64,000 nt of DNA, taken from the NCBI GenBank assembly GCA_963758525.1, contig CAVWVQ010000003.1, positions 2,144,001 to 2,208,000 of the forward strand, in the 5' to 3' direction. Position numbers and translations under genes: made by a program. A model generated the notes under the pieces. That model was not told the DNA's origin. It saw only the letters and a list, made by a program, of their open reading frames with translations, and ran no database searches. Below, piece after piece: positions 33,496 through 42,582 of this stretch. How positions within the stretch are numbered: position 1 is the first letter of the stretch; each line of letters begins with the position of its first letter. This stretch comes from an uncultured Phycisphaerales bacterium (GTDB taxonomy: Bacteria > Planctomycetota > Phycisphaerae > Tepidisphaerales > Tepidisphaeraceae).

Positions 33496-34842
33496 TCAGC
33501 GGAGCGCTGCGACAGAAACCGCAGTTCCCTCACTCGACGCAGACACCGAGCCCCGTTCACCACGCGTCAAACCGAATGCGCCGGCGGCTGCATGGACCAG
33601 GAACGTCGCCGCATTGGTGATCAACATGAAGTAAAGCACGTTGCGTGTTGTGCTCAAATCCAGAAACAGGATACAGAGGAACTGGCTGATCAGAATCACG
33701 GCGATGTAAGCACCGGTGTACCACCAGTAGAGAAACTTCCGCGAACTGTTCATGACCCACAACACGCCCGCGGCGTATCCGAAACAGGTCGCCCCGACGA
33801 CCCACCCGACGTCGGAGCGAAGATTCTTATAGCTGTGTCCCAGGAGCATGACGAGCGGCCCGGGAAACAAGAACGCGGCGGCAGTGACCAGCCCCGCAAC
33901 GGCTAACCCGCACAGGGCAATCTGCACGTAACGACGCGGCACCATCGACCTGGGCAGCCGGGCCATGTGCGGCTCGATCATGACGGAGTTGAAGGCCGAA
34001 AAGATGAGAAACAACTGACCCAGACGCCCCAGGGCGGAGACCTCGGCGATGTTCTTGGTTCTGCCGAACAGCGTGATCAGCCCGACCGCGATCTGGGTCT
34101 GAAAGGCGGTGAAAATAATTCCGGGGATCAAGGGCGTGATCAACTGAATCATGTCCCGATTGAATTTCGAATCCGCATGCTTTGGCTCGCGAATCAGGGG
34201 ACGGGCCTGCATGTGGTAAATCAGACCGGTCATCGCGATGGAAAGGGTCGTGAGCCAGGCGGTGGCCACCGCCGTCAGCGCGCCAAGGCGAAACAGGATC
34301 AGCGCCAACCCGAGCCGGACAGCGGCGGCGGACAACTGAGAGACATAATACGGCGTGAGCCGGCGGTGGATCAGCAGTGGAGCGCCATACATGATCTGGC
34401 GCTGCAGAAGCACCGAGCACATGATGGCCGCGAAGAGCCAGGCTTTTGTGGCAACGCCCCAGTGTTGCGCATGCGTGACGAGAGGGAAAGCCACCGCCGC
34501 AAGAACAGCGATGACCAGGAACATGCGATTGCGGTAATGCTGGGCCGAACGGAGGAATCCGCCGACGACGTCGGGGTCCGATCCGCGCTCGCCGACGAGG
34601 GCCACGATTGAGTTGGAGAATCCAACGTCAACCAGCATGGAAATCGTGCTTTGGAAAGCGAAGGCCACGCTGAACTGCGCGTATTGCTCGACGGGAAGCC
34701 AGCGCAGCAGGAGCAGTCCCGTCGCAAGATTGACAAGCTGGATCGAGATCTGCCCCGCGAGAAAGTGGCTGATGAGCCGCGCCCACCGGCTGAGCCGGGA
34801 GGGATGGGTGCGCTCGAGTGGTTTCGTCATCGCCGCGTTCAT
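33496..34842 (-). CDS. Polysaccharide flippase (Wzx-like)
   Basis: About 12 TM segments, DVGFSNS motif, position within glycan cluster. Confidence 0.72.
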   Translation of the reverse strand: MNAAMTKPLERTHPSRLSRWARLISHFLAGQISIQLVNLATGLLLLRWLPVEQYAQFSVAFAFQSTISMLVDVGFSNSIVALVGERGSDPDVVGGFLRSAQHYRNRMFLVIAVLAAVAFPLVTHAQHWGVATKAWLFAAIMCSVLLQRQIMYGAPLLIHRRLTPYYVSQLSAAAVRLGLALILFRLGALTAVATAWLTTLSIAMTGLIYHMQARPLIREPKHADSKFNRDMIQLITPLIPGIIFTAFQTQIAVGLITLFGRTKNIAEVSALGRLGQLFLIFSAFNSVMIEPHMARLPRSMVPRRYVQIALCGLAVAGLVTAAAFLFPGPLVMLLGHSYKNLRSDVGWVVGATCFGYAAGVLWVMNSSRKFLYWWYTGAYIAVILISQFLCILFLDLSTTRNVLYFMLITNAATFLVHAAAGAFGLTRGERGSVSASSEGTAVSVAALR

Positions 34843-35695
34843 TGAGCTGCCAGCGCACTTTCGTGCACGAACAACGCTTCAAAGACATCAAGAGGCGCGA
34901 ACTCGGGAACCGGGATCTTGTGAACGGCGGTGCCGTCGAGCCTGGCGAAATGAAATCCCAGGGAGAGCATCAAATCTGCAAGGGCTTTGGGGGAGGTTCC
35001 GCTGGGCACGAGGTATCCGCCATTGATTTCACAGACCACGTGCTGGACTTCTCCCCGGCGCAGCGCGCGGCCCCGCCGGCAAATAGCTGCGGCTCGGAAC
35101 CCTCGACATCCACTTTCATCAGCCGCACCGGTCCGGAAACCCATTCGCCGAGCTTGTCGTCGATCGTTTCGACGGGAACATCGATCTGCCGGTAGCCGTC
35201 GAAGCGGACGACCGAGACGTTGAAGTCGCGATTTTCCTCGGCAGGCGGCGCATACAGCGTCAGAACGCCTTTCTCCTTGCCGAGCGCCACCTGTTGAGGC
35301 TTTACATAGCCGAGGTTGTTTCGACTGATGTTGTCCGACAAGGTGCGAAAATTGGAGGGAAACGGTTCGATGGCAACCACCCGGCCGGAGGGTCCGACCA
35401 AATGGGCGCCATAGAGGGTGAAGAAGCCGACGTTGGCGCCGGCGTCGACGAAGGTGTCGCCGGGCCGAAGCAGACCGCGCAGCCACGTCCGAACGTTCCG
35501 CTCGAAACATCCGACATACATCATCCGCTGGTGTCCGTTGGCCAGATCAATGCGGATGCGGACGCCAGGCGCGACTTCCATGAATCGCTCGCCCGCGGAG
35601 GGGAGGAAGCGCCCCAAAACCCGGTTTGTTCCGGGGATATCCAGGGGACGCAAGGCCTTGATGATGGCTTCAATCATATTGCAAACGCTCCTCAT
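34839..35695 (-). CDS. FkbM family methyltransferase, frameshift near 35055
   Basis: FVDAGANVGFF, IEPFP, KVDVEGSE; C-terminus in ORF 34839..35510. Confidence 0.88.
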
Positions 35696-35767
35696 TGTCG
35701 CGCGCCGTTTGGCAGGGAGTGAGATTCCCCGTCCGCGCGGGTGGTCCAAGACGCGCGCGGCCGCGAG

Positions 35768-36157
35768 TTAAATTTCGGGGGCAGTCACTTCAGGGGCGGG
35801 ACCGGAGTCGACCAGGCGATAAGAGTCTTGCGGCGCGTCGTGTGTGGAAACCTCGAGAAATTCGCAGACCTCGCCAATGGCCCAGAACCGGTGCGGAGTG
35901 AACGGCGGCAGCGTCAGCGAATCGCCGCAATGCAAAACCGACTGCTCGCTCAGCGTGCCGTCGGTGGTGAAGAGCTGGAGGTGAAGCCGGCCCTTGAGGA
36001 TGTGAAACGTCTCGGTTTTCTTCTTATGGTAATGAATGCTGCATGCCATCCCGTTGGGGACCGCCACGAGAATCTTGCCGCAATAAAGTTCCGTGTTGAC
36101 GAGGTGCTTTTCGTACCCCCAGAGTTTCTGAACAATTTTTACCCGAATTAGCTCCAT
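35768..36157 (-). CDS. Cupin domain protein (mannose-6-phosphate isomerase-like)
   Basis: KLWGYE, SIHYHKKKTETF, PHRF, EVST. Confidence 0.82.
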   Translation of the reverse strand: MELIRVKIVQKLWGYEKHLVNTELYCGKILVAVPNGMACSIHYHKKKTETFHILKGRLHLQLFTTDGTLSEQSVLHCGDSLTLPPFTPHRFWAIGEVCEFLEVSTHDAPQDSYRLVDSGPAPEVTAPEI

Positions 36158-36246
36158 CTACCTCTCATCTCCTATCAACTCATTCCTGCCCTACTGTCCC
36201 GCATGAATAACTTGATCCATTTCCAAACGATCAGCGACGTAATCCC

Positions 36247-36315
36247 GCAGCACGGCCGTCCGGGCGCCGTTTCGGCTGTGGGTCCGGGAGAACACAGCCG
36301 GGACGGCTGTGCTAC
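36247..36315. repeat. REP-like element (CACAGCCGGGACGGCTGTGCTAC)
   Basis: Imperfect inverted arms with the same architecture as the carB-type element. Confidence 0.65.
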
Positions 36316-36333
36316 GAAAAAATCGCCGTCGCG

Positions 36334-36984
36334 CTAGGCCAGAAGATCGGCCAACGGGACGGAATATAACTCTGCATCGCCGACGCGCAGATTGATTGAA
36401 CCGTCGATTGGCACCACTTGGGCGGTGACATACGTGCCTGCCTTCATATCGGGGTCGGCGTAGACTTCGGCGGTTCGGTTGCGAATGTTTAATATCACGT
36501 ACTGCGGTATGCCGGCTCTGGCATAAATTGGCGACTTCTCGTGGCGATCGCGCTCCAGCGATGAGTCGGCCACTTCAACTACACAGAACGCGTCCGCTGC
36601 GCCAGGCAGCCGATCGGTGTACGCATCGTCGCTGGCGCGAATCACCGCAAAGTCCGGCTCGGGCATTTGCAGCGTGGAGCAGACAATCGGCGACTGGATC
36701 TGCACGTGCCGATCCGCCGTGTCGATTCCCGCCACGAGCGACGTGAGACGACGGACGGCCTTGCGGTGCGCCGGACTGTGCATCGTTGGGTCTCCCCCGT
36801 GGGCGCTGCGGTCTGTGTGGACGATGTAGCCGTTGAGCAGTTCAGCCGAGGCGTCCTCGGCCACTGAGCCATCCCGGATCATCCTCATCAGATCATCGAC
36901 CGTGAATTGCACCAGCCCGCCGCGGCCCGCCAGTGCGGACTGAGGAATCGGCGGCGTGGGGTTTTGGGTCAGGCTGGCGACCAT
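36334..36984 (-). CDS. Uma2 family (DUF820) endonuclease
   Basis: ELLNG, SPAH, PEPD, VEVADSSLERDRHEKSPIYARAGIPQY. Confidence 0.9.
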   Translation of the reverse strand: MVASLTQNPTPPIPQSALAGRGGLVQFTVDDLMRMIRDGSVAEDASAELLNGYIVHTDRSAHGGDPTMHSPAHRKAVRRLTSLVAGIDTADRHVQIQSPIVCSTLQMPEPDFAVIRASDDAYTDRLPGAADAFCVVEVADSSLERDRHEKSPIYARAGIPQYVILNIRNRTAEVYADPDMKAGTYVTAQVVPIDGSINLRVGDAELYSVPLADLLA

Positions 36985-37093
36985 AGCTGGCTCTGCAAAG
37001 TTAAGTTGAAAGTCGATATTAGAAAGCGGACGAACGCCCGCGCGACTTCCTTTTCCCGATATCCACTGTCAATTCTCCATTATCCACTGACCA

Positions 37094-38313
37094 CTATCCG
37101 CGGACAACCGCTTCGCGGTAGACACCGGCTACCGCGCGGGCGACGGAACTCCAATCGAAACGGTCGACCGCGTACTGGCGACATGCCTCGGATGAGGGCA
37201 GCACTCGTCGGCTCGCGAACACGTCGGCCAGGAACGCGGCAATCCCCGGCGCATCGCCGGCGGAAACAATCAGGTCCTGCGAGAGCGAGGCGACGACTTC
37301 TGGCAAACCGCCGACGCGTGTCACCGCGGAAGGAGTCCCCGCCGCCAGCGACTCGGCGGCGACGAGACCGAAACCTTCGAGCGACGCGCTGGGGAGGATC
37401 GACAGATCGGCGGCGCGAAACGCAAGCGGAAGATCAGCGTCGGAGATGAATCCCGCGAGCTGCACGAAATCGCCGGCGCCGGCCGCGGCGATCTGCTCCT
37501 TCAACTCGCCGGACAGCGGTCCGGTGCCGCCGATGATCGTCAGCGCTTCCGGATGCTGACGGCGCAGCAGCGTTGCGGCCTCGATCAATTTTTCCAGGCC
37601 CATGCGGCGCACCAGGCGGCGCACGCAAAGGACAATCTTGCGATCGGCCGGCCAACCGAGGCGCTGTCGCGCCTCGGGGCGCGACAGGCGGGTGTTGAAT
37701 CGCTCCAGATCGACCCCGCCGGGGATGACGCGGATCAGCTCGCGCGGGACGCCGTAGTCTCCCGCGAGAATTTCCGCAAAAGCGTTGGAGAGCACGATGC
37801 AGCGGCGCGCCCGGCGATAGACGGTCTGTTCCATCCGCTGCTTCGTCCACACCGCAAGCCGGCCGGCACCCTCGGCGCGCGACTCGGCCGCCCAGGGGCC
37901 GTGAAAGTGCACGACCAGCGGCGTGTTGCCCAGCGAACGCAGGACCGGCCGCGCGTACGGGGCAAAATGGGCAACGAGCAGATCGACCTGTTGCCGCGAA
38001 AGCTCCTCGTTGACCGCTTGCCGCATCGCGTGCCAGCGGCTTCGCATCGGCGCGTCGCTGCGCCCCACCGCGCGGGCCGCGCCGCGCGACTCGGCGGCGA
38101 TGCCGTCGGACCCGACGAGCAAACCGCGGCAACTGACGCCGGCGGCCGGCAGCCGCTGGATCAGTTCGGCGTAGTAGCGGTTGAGGCCCCCACCACGTTC
38201 GCTGAACCATCCCTCGCCGATCTGGATGGCGTTGATTCGACCGCTTTGCAGCGCCGCGGCGCACTGGAACTCTCAGTTGACGTCGTCGGCGCGGCGGTTG
38301 GTGCGGTGAGCAT
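37094..38313 (-). CDS. Glycosyltransferase family 4, frameshift near 38255
   Basis: QIGEGWF...GGLNRY, HFHGPWAAE, VRRLVRRMGL, EGFGLVAAESLAAG. Confidence 0.9.
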
Positions 38314-38355
38314 GCTTTCGTCCAGCCGAAACTAAAACCGAATACAGGGAAGACG

Positions 38356-38708
38356 GACCGCGGATGACGCGGATTTCACGGATAAAAACAAGAGAGCGGA
38401 AATTCATGCTCTAATCTGCTTCCCCATCCGTGCCACAACCCATTGAGATCTTCGCGCGCTGCGCAAATTTTCCCGGGCAGGCGATCAGCCAGAAGATCAA
38501 GAGCCGCGAAGACGCGAAGACAAACGCGAAGGAAGACAATTCAATTGCACCTGAAACCCGAAGGCGCAATTCCTTGGGCTTCGATCCCGCATTTTTGATT
38601 TTCTTACCTTCGCGTCTGTCTTCGCGTCTTCGCGTCTTCGCGGCTCTTCGTTTTGGTTGCGGCCGAGCGAAGCGAGGCAGCGCTGGGTCATCTGTGTCAT
38701 CCGTGGTC
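38356..38708. repeat. Nested inverted low-complexity repeats
   Basis: Outer arms 38356-38374 / 38690-38708; inner (CGCGAAGA)n arms 38499-38532 / 38607-38648. Confidence 0.75.
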
Positions 38709-38728
38709 GAGTCTGCCGGCCGAGCCGC

Positions 38729-39877
38729 TCAGGCGATTGCGGGGGACGCAGGACGCCGGGACGCGGCGGCGGCTTCGAGGAGCGCGAGATACTGTGCCGC
38801 CATTTGTTTCCAGCCGTAGTGCTCGGCAGTGGCGCGGGCGGCGCGGGAAGCGGCAGCCCGCGCCGCCGGGTCGCGGATAAAGCGGTCGATCGCCGCGGCC
38901 AGCGATGAAACATCGTCGGGGTCCTCGAGGATCGCGCCGCAGTCTTTTCCCATGATCTCGCAGCCGCCGGCGGTGCGGGCCGTGACTACGGGAAGGCCGC
39001 TTGCCAGCGCTTCGATGAGCACCAGCGTCCCGGCTTCGTAGCGCGAGGGGAAGACGAACAGATCGCAGGCCTGCATGAACCGGGCGACATCGCTGCGATA
39101 GCCGGCGAAATGGACGCGGTCGGCGATTCCCAACTCGCGGGCCATTGCGGGGAACGGGCTCCGCGAGGCTTCGCCAACCACCGCGAGTCGCAGACCCGGA
39201 ACTTGTGCCACCGCCTTGAGGACGCTGTCGAGGTTTTTTCGCGGCGTGCGGATGTCGCCGCAGAAGAGGGCCAGCGGCCCGTCCTCGGGGAGCCCCAGCG
39301 ACGCGCGGGAGACTTTGCCCGGCTGGAATTCCTGAAGGTCGACGCCGTTGTAGATCAACTCGATTTTCCCCGACGGAATCCCGATGCCCAGCAGCTCGTC
39401 GACGATCTTGCGCGACGGGGCGACGATCTTCTCCGCCATCGAAAACGACTGGCGTTCCCATCGCGTGTTGCAGCGGCTGTAGAGCCACTGGTACCACGCC
39501 CGCGGCCCGCGCTGCACGCGCGATACATGCACCGGCGAGCGAATCCACGCGCCGTGAACGAACTGGCAGATGCTCAAATCGTGTCGGCCGCGCATGGTGA
39601 AGCCGGCGGCGACGATCGCGTCGAATTGCTCGCGAGAGCGAGCCAGGGCGCGGTCCGCAGCTCCGGCGAAATGATAGACTCCCAGCAGATTCGGACGGCG
39701 CGGCGCCTGCGAAACCGGGATCCAGCGCGCCCCCCACTCGACTATTTCCGGCGCCACCCGATCGGCAAAAAGCACCGCCTCGTGGCCCTGCTCGAGCACG
39801 TGGCGGCAGATCTCGTATTGAATCCGGCCCTGTCCGTTCCCACGGATCAGGTTGTGCATGACGAAAGCAATTTTCAT
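38729..39877 (-). CDS. Glycosyltransferase family 4
   Basis: GNGQGR, YNGVD, RKNLD, PSRYEAGTLVLIEALASG; ATGA-coupled to upstream gene. Confidence 0.92.
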   Translation of the reverse strand: MKIAFVMHNLIRGNGQGRIQYEICRHVLEQGHEAVLFADRVAPEIVEWGARWIPVSQAPRRPNLLGVYHFAGAADRALARSREQFDAIVAAGFTMRGRHDLSICQFVHGAWIRSPVHVSRVQRGPRAWYQWLYSRCNTRWERQSFSMAEKIVAPSRKIVDELLGIGIPSGKIELIYNGVDLQEFQPGKVSRASLGLPEDGPLALFCGDIRTPRKNLDSVLKAVAQVPGLRLAVVGEASRSPFPAMARELGIADRVHFAGYRSDVARFMQACDLFVFPSRYEAGTLVLIEALASGLPVVTARTAGGCEIMGKDCGAILEDPDDVSSLAAAIDRFIRDPAARAAASRAARATAEHYGWKQMAAQYLALLEAAAASRRPASPAIA

Positions 39878-41367
39878 GATCGCCTTGCATTTACCGTAGC
39901 CGTCGGACGTATCGGCCGGCGCCGCGGTTGCACCGGGCGCGCCGCGGCATCCGTCGGGAGCATCACACCGGCGGGAAGCCGATCGAGCGATCCAATCGCA
40001 AACCAAACGATTGGGGATGTTGCATATGACCCGCCCGCCAGCCAATGCCCTAGCCCTAATGTGATGATTCCTAGGGCGTAGAGAGCTATCGGATCACGTC
40101 GCTCGCGCCACCGGGCAATCGCAGTCAGGTATATAACGGCCATCGTAAAAATATAGAAGATGCCCGCTGGAGCGCCGCACGCGAGGAAAATGTCGCCGAA
40201 GTCGACTTCGCTGCTGAAACCGCCCGCGCGGAGTCCTGCCTGCGTCGGGAAACCTAGCCCATATCCTGCGGGGTGCGTGAAGCCCTCCACAATGCCATTC
40301 CGTAAAAGCTCGAGGTGGGTTCCGGCGGTGGAATTTTGAACATCGAGAAAGCCGTCGGCGGTATGCGCGAGGTTTTTGTTGACTTGATCGGAAACGTCGG
40401 CTTCCTTCAACTGAGACATGCCGACGGCAGCCACTCCGCCGGCGACGAGCATTGCAAGTATAAGGCGGCCACCGATGGAGCCGGTGGATTTCCCCTGCAC
40501 TGCCCAAATAATCGAAGCAGCCAGCAGAGTCCCGTAGATCATCTCTCGCACGCTCTGAACCACGAGCGCAAATACGAATAACGGCACAATTAACAGTGAC
40601 AGTTGCATGCGCCGCCGAACCAACGGCACCAATATCGCGATAAGCGCCGTTGCAACATACCATGGATATTCGCCCCACGAGCAGAAGAAAGCGAAGGGGC
40701 GTATGTCGGGACGGATCGAGGATTCCATTGCAATGCGAAACCATTTCGACTCATAAGGCAGGTAGCCCCAAAAGGCCTGCATTAGTCCGAGCGTAGCGGC
40801 GAGAATCGCAATGGGTGTAACTATTCGTGTCAGCAGCATGTGGAAAAACTGAGGGCTCCCCCAAACGCTCCCGACCCAATACCACGTGAGTGGCACTGCG
40901 AAGAATAACAGGCCAGCCAGCCCAACGGCAATTCCACCCTGCAGTGGATTCATCACCTCAACGCCCATGATTACCGTAAGGGCAAGTACAAGCTTTGAGA
41001 TGCGAGATCGAAGGGAGATCTCACGCCTCACCATCGCTATGGCGACAAGGAAGACCAAGATCGCCGGAGCCACAAGCAGCAGCGGATCATTGGCTGGGAT
41101 GCCTGATTGGACCACCAAGTAACGGCGTAGATCCCCCATGAATGCCAGGTAAATGAACGTGACTGCGATCGCCGTTTGGGGACGCAGCAAAGCCAGTCCC
41201 GCAATCAACAACCCAATAATCGCTGCTGAGAACGTTTGGTCCAGTTCAACGCTGACGATCAATAACAGCGCAAATAGCGTTGCCGCTGCGGCGATGATCG
41301 AGATTCCCTTTGGGTCGGCCGTCTTGGCGATGTAGGTCAACCTAGCAGGGATTGTGTTAGCGCGCAT
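39874..41367 (-). CDS. Wzy-like polymerase / O-antigen ligase-fold membrane protein
   Basis: About 12 TM segments with a periplasmic loop (HPAGYGLG), inside glycan cluster. Confidence 0.65.
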   Translation of the reverse strand: MRANTIPARLTYIAKTADPKGISIIAAAATLFALLLIVSVELDQTFSAAIIGLLIAGLALLRPQTAIAVTFIYLAFMGDLRRYLVVQSGIPANDPLLLVAPAILVFLVAIAMVRREISLRSRISKLVLALTVIMGVEVMNPLQGGIAVGLAGLLFFAVPLTWYWVGSVWGSPQFFHMLLTRIVTPIAILAATLGLMQAFWGYLPYESKWFRIAMESSIRPDIRPFAFFCSWGEYPWYVATALIAILVPLVRRRMQLSLLIVPLFVFALVVQSVREMIYGTLLAASIIWAVQGKSTGSIGGRLILAMLVAGGVAAVGMSQLKEADVSDQVNKNLAHTADGFLDVQNSTAGTHLELLRNGIVEGFTHPAGYGLGFPTQAGLRAGGFSSEVDFGDIFLACGAPAGIFYIFTMAVIYLTAIARWRERRDPIALYALGIITLGLGHWLAGGSYATSPIVWFAIGSLDRLPAGVMLPTDAAARPVQPRRRPIRPTATVNARRS

Positions 41368-41452
41368 GGCGGAAATCGAAAGAAAAAAATAGAACGTCAG
41401 GGGCTATCGCGCGGTTCATGAAGCGCCGGGGAATTACCGAGCATACCGTCTC

Positions 41453-42550
41453 TCAGGAGCGGCAAGACGGTGCTGTTCCGACGGCAAGCGACATTCCCGA
41501 TTGGCGCCCTGCGGCGGAGCGTTGCCTCGTGTACCGAGCTTTGAGACGCAAAAACGCACGCTCGTACGTGAAGTAACTGACGGCCGCAATTCCCCCGACG
41601 CACAGAAAAGAGCAGAGAAGGTAAATCAATCCCTCTGAAGGCAGGAAGCGATGCACGAGTTCAATCCCTATCACATTAAACAGATACATGCCATAGCTTA
41701 TGGTACCGAAGAAGGACACCAAGGGATTGCCGAGTAGCACGGCCCACGGCTGCCAAGGGCAAACCACCGCGCAGCCAACGATCAGGGCCGCCAGAAACTC
41801 GATGAGCCAATCGGGCGTGCCGCGAACCGCTAAAGCGGCCGCCGTTGCCGCCAGCGTCAACAGCAGACCAGGTATTGTCCCAAGCAGCAGGCGAATCGCC
41901 CGGAAGCTGGTTCTGATATGCAGCGCATACCCTAAAATGCACCCGAAGCATATCGCCGGAGACATGCTGGTGGCAGCACGGTTCCCAATTGAGCCAAAGT
42001 TCACCAGGTCGGCACCGATGAGCGTGCGCATGGCTATCACATACGCGGCCGTGCTTGTGATTAACAGCAGTGGCAACGTGCTCCGACGTGATAGACTGAC
42101 AGCGAATGGCCAGAAGAGATAGAACTGCTCTTCAGTAGCGAGAGACCATGCCTGATAAAAGTGCGCACCCGGGCGAACGCCCCAGTTGGACGTGTAGCTG
42201 AAAAAGTATCGCAGATTATAGAAAAACTCGTGAGCTTTGGGAGTTCCACGATCGTAACGCCATGTCATTATGCAATAGAGCAAAAGTACCGCGTAATAGA
42301 GCGGAAAAATGCGGAGTGAGCGACGGGCATAGAAGTTGCGCAGCGAAATTGTGCCGTAGGTTTCGCGCTTGCGCAGCAGGAGGGTGGTGATGAGAAAGCC
42401 GCTAATGGCAAAAAAGAGCGTCACCCCGTACCCGCCCCAATAAGCCAAACCGCAGTGACGCGCAGTGACAGCGAAAATGCTCGCGCATCGCAGTCCGTCC
42501 AGCGTCCTAAAGAATCGCGTCTCGTGATATGTTTCAAACGTAATTGCCAT
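41453..42550 (-). CDS. Acyltransferase family 3 (OafA-like)
   Basis: LDGLR, GVTLFFAISGFLIT, RRSLRIFPLYY, WSLATEEQFY. Confidence 0.92.
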   Translation of the reverse strand: MAITFETYHETRFFRTLDGLRCASIFAVTARHCGLAYWGGYGVTLFFAISGFLITTLLLRKRETYGTISLRNFYARRSLRIFPLYYAVLLLYCIMTWRYDRGTPKAHEFFYNLRYFFSYTSNWGVRPGAHFYQAWSLATEEQFYLFWPFAVSLSRRSTLPLLLITSTAAYVIAMRTLIGADLVNFGSIGNRAATSMSPAICFGCILGYALHIRTSFRAIRLLLGTIPGLLLTLAATAAALAVRGTPDWLIEFLAALIVGCAVVCPWQPWAVLLGNPLVSFFGTISYGMYLFNVIGIELVHRFLPSEGLIYLLCSFLCVGGIAAVSYFTYERAFLRLKARYTRQRSAAGRQSGMSLAVGTAPSCRS

Positions 42551-42582
42551 AAGCGGCGGATATCTACGAGCTTCCGGGTCCG

